From an uncultured Planctomycetia bacterium (GTDB taxonomy: Bacteria; Omnitrophota; Gorgyraeia; Gorgyraeales; Gorgyraeaceae): a stretch of DNA of 29,963 nt. The stretch is from positions 1 through 29,963 of the forward strand of contig CAZBAQ010000001.1 in the NCBI GenBank assembly GCA_964489855.1. Reading direction: 5' to 3'. The notes below the pieces were generated by a model that was not told the origin of the DNA, made no database searches, and was given only the letters and a program-made list of their open reading frames with translations. A program made the position numbers and the translations under genes. Shown piece by piece: positions 24,733-29,963 of this stretch. Positions within the stretch are counted from its first letter, which is position 1, and each line of letters begins with the position of its first letter.

Positions 24733-24772
24733 CTTATCTGATAATCCTGACACGCACGATTCCTCAGATAAG
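24733..24772. repeat. 40-bp hairpin between rpiB and glyA, possibly related to the TTAA-bounded element
   Basis: CTTATCTGA...TCAGATAAG 9-bp stem; loop CTGACACG shared with the 19575 copy. Confidence 0.55.
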
Positions 24773-24779
24773 CTTTAAA

Positions 24780-25223
24780 TTATCGTTTTTTGTCGATCTT
24801 TATCATCTGGTCCACCCTTCTCTTGTGCCTTCCACCAAGAGAACGACTGGAAAGCCAGGCACTTGTGATTTTTTTAGCTTTTTCAATCGATACAATATTC
24901 GCTGCAAGGACCAGGACATTGGCATCATTATGCTCTCTACTTGAACGCGCAATATCCACTCTGTCGCAGAGCGCAGCCCTGACACCTCTTGCCTTATTGG
25001 CGACCATTGACATACCAATACCGGTCTTGCATATAAGGATGCCTCGCGAAAACTTTTTCTTCCCTACTGCCTTTGCTAATTCATATCCTATAATAGGATA
25101 ATCGCAAGCCTCATCAGAATATGTCCCAAAATCTTTTACGCCGTGGCCCTTCTTCTTCAAAAATTCCACCAGGATCTCTTTTAATTTAAAACCGCCGTGA
25201 TCCGTACCTATTGCAATTTTCAT
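24780..25223 (-). CDS. rpiB: Ribose-5-phosphate isomerase B
   Basis: IAIGTDHGG, DYP, GILICKTGIGMS, ANK..GVRAA, HNDANVL, GRH.RRV. Confidence 0.95.
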   Translation of the reverse strand: MKIAIGTDHGGFKLKEILVEFLKKKGHGVKDFGTYSDEACDYPIIGYELAKAVGKKKFSRGILICKTGIGMSMVANKARGVRAALCDRVDIARSSREHNDANVLVLAANIVSIEKAKKITSAWLSSRSLGGRHKRRVDQMIKIDKKR

Positions 25224-26272
25224 CAGTTTTTCTCCTTTTTGAATAACTCCAAAAATATATTTTCCACCTGATTTTTTATAATACCTTTGACATACCTGTA
25301 TTCGTCGAGGGATTTTCCGATCGGATCAGGGATATCCTCACCCTCTTTTAAAAGCCTTGTCTTTGAGGCGGCCTCTGGCAGCATACTCAACGCAATATTT
25401 TTGTGAAAACTCTCCATCGTAAAGATAAAATCTGATTTTCTTAATAATTCCGGGGTGATGACCTTGCCCTTGTGCGTTGAAACATCCATGCCCTCTTCTT
25501 TCATGACCTCTATTGTATTTGTGGCCGCAGGGATATTTCCAAAACCTCCCGTACCAGCAGAATCAACCTGCACCTTTTCAGAAAGGACTGCCTCTTTGAT
25601 AAATTTCTGAAGCATGCCTTTTGCCATCACGCTGCGGCAGCTGTTTCCCGTGCACACAAAAAGCACATGATAATCAGCCAATAGGTCCTCTTCAGGTATC
25701 GCTCCTCTTCTCAATATCTTGAATGGGTGAGCCGTTACATCCAAAACAGTGGATTCCTTGCCTGCTTCTGTCGTACCGCCATCCAATACCATATCAATCG
25801 CGTCTTTCATCTCAGAGATGACCTCTTTGGCTGACGTCGGAGGATTCTCTCCGGATATATTAGCGCTCGGAGCGACTATAGGTATAGATGCGGCATTTAT
25901 CAATGCCAATGCTATTTTATTGCTAGGCATACGAATGCCTATTTTTTCTTTTTTGTTATTAAAAGCTACGATTGTCAGAGGCCCTGGCCAGAATTTATGA
26001 ATAATCCTTTTTGCCTTCTCAGACAAATCCACGCGCAGATCCTTAATCGTTTCAAACCGCGCAATATGGATACTGAAAGGCTTGCCCGCAGGCCTTTTTT
26101 TTACAGCGCAGAGTCTTTTTATCGCATTCGAGTTTAAAAGATTCGCGGCAATACCATAGACTGTTTCTGTCGGAAACGCGACAAGCCCGCCTTTTTTTAA
26201 GACCTCAGCCGCGTCCTTTATCAAACCCCGATCTGGAAAATTAGGATTTATTTTTACGATCTTCGTCTGCAT
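25223..26272 (-). CDS. tsaC: Fusion of L-threonylcarbamoyladenylate synthase (TsaC/YrdC) and an LMW protein tyrosine/arginine phosphatase
   Basis: PTETVYGI, FWPGPLT, APSANISG in the N-terminal part; CX5R loop VCTGNSCRS and IPDPIG in the C-terminal part. Confidence 0.9.
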   Translation of the reverse strand: MQTKIVKINPNFPDRGLIKDAAEVLKKGGLVAFPTETVYGIAANLLNSNAIKRLCAVKKRPAGKPFSIHIARFETIKDLRVDLSEKAKRIIHKFWPGPLTIVAFNNKKEKIGIRMPSNKIALALINAASIPIVAPSANISGENPPTSAKEVISEMKDAIDMVLDGGTTEAGKESTVLDVTAHPFKILRRGAIPEEDLLADYHVLFVCTGNSCRSVMAKGMLQKFIKEAVLSEKVQVDSAGTGGFGNIPAATNTIEVMKEEGMDVSTHKGKVITPELLRKSDFIFTMESFHKNIALSMLPEAASKTRLLKEGEDIPDPIGKSLDEYRYVKGIIKNQVENIFLELFKKEKN

Positions 26273-26287
26273 AATCTACGTCCTTTG

Positions 26288-26327
26288 TTAAGTTGACAAA
26301 ATGAACGTGTCGGATTTGTCAACTTAA
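26288..26327. repeat. 40-bp TTAA-bounded inverted-repeat element, copy 2; contains the purE stop
   Basis: TTAAGTTGACAAAATGAACGTGTCGGATTTGTCAACTTAA. Confidence 0.93.
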
Positions 26328-26735
26328 GGAGAGGATGCGGGAGGCAAAGTGGGCAGCGTTTTTGGCGCCTGCCTTGCCTATTGCCATGCACGCTACCGGA
26401 ATGCCGCCCGGCATCTGAGTTATTGACAAAATTGAATCAAGCCCTTTCAATGCCTTTGTGTGCATGGGCACCCCTATAACAGGAAGTTCTGTATAAGCGC
26501 TCACTACGCCTGCCAGAGCAGCAGACATGCCTGCCCCGCATATCAAGACCTTTAAGCCGCGTTTCTTCGCGGATTTAGCGTACGCCCTGACCTTATCAGG
26601 CGTCCTGTGCGCTGAAAGCACATTTACCTCGTACCCGATCTTTTTCTCCTTCAATATTTTTTCTGTCTCTCTCATTGTCTCAGCATCAGATTTACTACCC
26701 ATTAAAATCCCGACTAAAACTTTTTTATTAACCAT
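26319..26735 (-). CDS. purE: N5-CAIR mutase
   Basis: ILMGSKSD, SAHRTP, GAGMSAAL.G, PVIGVP. Confidence 0.95.
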   Translation of the reverse strand: MVNKKVLVGILMGSKSDAETMRETEKILKEKKIGYEVNVLSAHRTPDKVRAYAKSAKKRGLKVLICGAGMSAALAGVVSAYTELPVIGVPMHTKALKGLDSILSITQMPGGIPVACMAIGKAGAKNAAHFASRILSLS

Positions 26736-28008
26736 TTTCCCTCCCCATTGCCTTGTATCCGATGTCTTTCCTGAAATAAATGCCGTCGAATTTTATTTTA
26801 CCAGCTGCATCGTACGCGACTTCCTTTGCGGATTTTATGTCTCTGCCAAGCCCTGTTACGCCCAGCACCCTGCCGCCGCTTGTAAAGATCTTTCCATTCT
26901 CTGACACAGTGCCTGCGTGAAAAACCACAGAGTCTTTCACTCTCCTTGCGTCTTCCAAACCCCTGATCTCCTTGTGATTTTCATACGGACCAGGGTAGCC
27001 CTTTGACGCGCAGACTATACAAAGACACGGTCTTTTGTCCCATTCAAGCTTTATCTTGTCCAGCGTCCCGTCTATACACGACATTGCCACATCCACCAAA
27101 TCTGACTTTAATCTCGGTAAAATCGCCTGCGTCTCAGGATCGCCGAATCTCGCGTTAAACTCTAAAACCATTGGCCCGTCTTTAGTAATCATGATACCAG
27201 CGTATAAGACACCTTTATAGGATTTGCCCTCTTTTGCAAAACCATTGATTATAGGTCTTAACACCTTGTCTATAATCTCATCAAAAAGCTTCCCTGAAAC
27301 AACCGGCGCCGGCGAATACGCGCCCATGCCGCCTGTATTAGCGCCTTTGTCATTGTCAAAAATTCTTTTATGGTCCTGCGATGATACAAGCGGCGCTATT
27401 GTTTTACCATCGCTAAAAACCAAGATCGACGCCTCTTCACCCTCCAGACAATCCTCGAGTATAAGCCTATCTCCTGCAGAACCAAATATTTTTTTAACCA
27501 TGATATCATCTATTGCCGCCTCAGCCTCCTCAATACCGCCCGCCACTATCACGCCTTTACCGGCAGCCAGGCCGTCTGCCTTTACTACAATCGGCGCGCC
27601 TTTTTCTTTTAGATATTCTTTTGCCTTTCCTGCATCGCTAAAAACCTTAAAATCTGCTGTAGGAACGTCAAATCTCTTCATAGTCTCTTTTGCAAAGACC
27701 TTGCTTCCCTCAAGCATTGCCAGTTCTTTAATCGGGCCGAAAATCTTCAAACCCTCTCTTGTAAACTCATCCACTATGCCTTTAACAAGCGGCGCCTCAG
27801 GTCCTGCCATAGTGAGACCAATGCCCTTCTCTTTTGCAAATTTCAAAAGAGATGACACATCATCCGCTTTTATATTCACGAGCTCTGCGATTTCTTTTAT
27901 GCCGCCGTTTCCAGGCGCGCAGAAGATATTGTCCGCCTTTTTACTCTGCGCTATTTTCCAGACTAAGGCGTGTTCTCTCCCGCCTGAGCCGACTACCAAA
28001 ACCTTCAT
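26728..28008 (-). CDS. purD: Phosphoribosylamine-glycine ligase (start ATG 28008)
   Basis: MKVLVVGSGGREHAL, LEGSK.FAK, VVKADGLAAGKGV, QDHKR, NTGGMGAYSP, EFNARFGDPE; ATGA overlap with purM. Confidence 0.97.
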   Translation of the reverse strand: MKVLVVGSGGREHALVWKIAQSKKADNIFCAPGNGGIKEIAELVNIKADDVSSLLKFAKEKGIGLTMAGPEAPLVKGIVDEFTREGLKIFGPIKELAMLEGSKVFAKETMKRFDVPTADFKVFSDAGKAKEYLKEKGAPIVVKADGLAAGKGVIVAGGIEEAEAAIDDIMVKKIFGSAGDRLILEDCLEGEEASILVFSDGKTIAPLVSSQDHKRIFDNDKGANTGGMGAYSPAPVVSGKLFDEIIDKVLRPIINGFAKEGKSYKGVLYAGIMITKDGPMVLEFNARFGDPETQAILPRLKSDLVDVAMSCIDGTLDKIKLEWDKRPCLCIVCASKGYPGPYENHKEIRGLEDARRVKDSVVFHAGTVSENGKIFTSGGRVLGVTGLGRDIKSAKEVAYDAAGKIKFDGIYFRKDIGYKAMGRENG

Positions 28009-28994
28009 ATTATTACCTCGCCATTGCCTTTGATTATTTCCCCGATCGTCCATGATTTTAATCCGGATATCTTTATTGCATCGTGCGCCCTTTTAACATC
28101 TTTTTTACCTATTACTAAAACCATGCCGATCCCCATATTGAACGTGCGATACATCTTCTTATCGTCTATCTTTGCCCTCTTCTGGATATCTTTAAAGATG
28201 GGCGGCGTGTCCCACAATCCCCTGTATATCAATGCTGAGGTCTTGCTCGGCAAGACACGCGGTATATTGTCGTAAAAACCGCCTCCTGTAATATGCGCCA
28301 TGGATTTTATATTTATCTCTTTCAATAACCTCAAAATCGGCCTGACATAGATTATGGTCGGCGTTAAAAGCGTCTTTCCTGTCTTCCCCTTTAATTCGCT
28401 TTGACTGAAAACCTTTCTTGCCAGACTAAAGCCATTTGAATGCAGCCCGCTTGACTGGATTCCAATGATCCTGTCGCCTGTCTTTACGGATCGTCCGTCT
28501 ATAATCTTACCCTTCTCGACCACGCCCACACAAAAACCAGCCAGGTCATAATCCTCGTCCCTGTACATGCCGGGAAGCTCCGCTGTCTCCCCTCCTATCA
28601 AGGTGCAGCCTGACTGCCTGCAGCCTTCCACAATGCCCCTTATGATATCCCCTGCCTTTACTCTATTCAACCTGCCTGTGGCAAAATAATCCAGAAAGAA
28701 AATCGGCTCTGCACCGCACACCACTATGTCATTCACGCACATGGCCACAAGGTCTATACCGACAGTGGAATGATTCTTCTGCAGTTCCGCCACCATGAGT
28801 TTCGTGCCCACGCCGTCTGTCGAAGAGACAAGTAAAGGATTTTTATATTTTTTCGGTATACTCATAAGCGCGCTGAATCCGCCTATGCCGCCTACTACCT
28901 CTTTCCTCTTTGTGGAGGCTACCATTTTCGAAATATCCTTAACAAACCTATTTGCCTTATCTATATCCACTCCTGCTTTTTTATAGTCGATCAT
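28005..28994 (-). CDS. purM: Phosphoribosylformylglycinamidine cyclo-ligase
   Basis: Y.KAGVDI, STDGVGTK, GIDLVAMCVND, GGETAELPG, SSGLHSNGFSL, AHITGGG, TFNMGIG. Confidence 0.97.
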   Translation of the reverse strand: MIDYKKAGVDIDKANRFVKDISKMVASTKRKEVVGGIGGFSALMSIPKKYKNPLLVSSTDGVGTKLMVAELQKNHSTVGIDLVAMCVNDIVVCGAEPIFFLDYFATGRLNRVKAGDIIRGIVEGCRQSGCTLIGGETAELPGMYRDEDYDLAGFCVGVVEKGKIIDGRSVKTGDRIIGIQSSGLHSNGFSLARKVFSQSELKGKTGKTLLTPTIIYVRPILRLLKEINIKSMAHITGGGFYDNIPRVLPSKTSALIYRGLWDTPPIFKDIQKRAKIDDKKMYRTFNMGIGMVLVIGKKDVKRAHDAIKISGLKSWTIGEIIKGNGEVII

Positions 28995-29018
28995 ACCTCA
29001 CCTCTCGGTTGAAATAAT

Positions 29019-29069
29019 AAAGACCTGGGCTGTTGCAACTTTTTTAACTGCAACAATATCCAGGCCTTT
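29019..29069 (-). terminator. Long hairpin between purC and purM (terminator/attenuator candidate)
   Basis: Minus strand AAAGGCCTGG..TGTTGCA..TGCAACA..CCAGGTCTTT followed by ATTATTT. Confidence 0.5.
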
Positions 29070-29102
29070 TATGTCTTTTTTGACCACCGCGCCTTTATCC
29101 TT

Positions 29103-29803
<701 letters not shown>

Positions 29804-29807
<4 letters not shown>

Positions 29808-29962
29808 ATACCGACCTTTCTAAATATCTTATCAACGTGTTTTGTGTAATACGAAAGATCGAAAAATTTCTCGAGCTCCCCTGGTTTTACTGCTTTCATA
29901 AAATCCTTGTCCATCCACAGCGCTGCCTTGAAATTCTCGTTCTGCTTCCAGACCTTCATCGC
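29804..29962 (-). CDS. purB: Adenylosuccinate lyase, C-terminal fragment (runs off the window edge)
   Basis: Own translation AMKVWKQNENFKAALWMDKDFMKAVKPGELEKFFDLSYYTKHVDKIFRKVGI*; the TGA overlaps the purC ATG; purB-purC synteny. Confidence 0.85.
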
Positions 29963-29963
29963 G

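Noticed and set aside
7767-28053. ORF-track upstream starts at 7814, 9601, 9828, 12507, 16304, 18565, 19567 and 28053
   Set aside because: Downstream starts fit SD sequences, stop/start overlaps and family N-termini better; the TTG at 12507 lies inside a repeat and the TTG at 19567 inside a -35 box.

Overview
This is a bacterial chromosome segment, mostly a housekeeping backbone on the minus strand: purB(partial)-purC-purM-purD-purE, a tsaC/LMW-phosphatase fusion, rpiB, glyA, nrdR, polX, ccdA-TlpA, metV-like-iscU-ygfA-rny-ymdB-xseAB-ispA-dxs, a four-gene 2-oxoacid:ferredoxin oxidoreductase, gltX, a PilZ gene, tRNA-Gln(CUG) and tRNA-Leu(GAG). The plus strand carries a GAF histidine kinase, a REC-GGDEF-like regulator and a SurA/PpiD-like chaperone. 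The gene style tentatively suggests a PVC-group organism such as Omnitrophota (inference only). The best candidate for a new system is at 2166-5531. There, two small integrase-less cassettes (Fic-wHTH, 1325 bp; MscS, 2035 bp) sit in tandem exactly at the CCA end of tRNA-Gln. Three junctions share a 6-bp core CAG(C/T)CA and follow an attL / attP-like / attR pattern. Each cassette starts with a terminator and ends with an outward sigma70 promoter, which would repair a split tRNA-Gln-tRNA-Leu operon, and the middle junction forms a self-contained unit of promoter, hairpins and terminator. The backbone also carries several short repeat families: covarying 23-bp palindromes (one doublet in-frame inside dxs), a 40-bp TTAA-bounded element, and heptamer tandem repeats inside vorB. 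All alignments were done by eye and no database searches were run.
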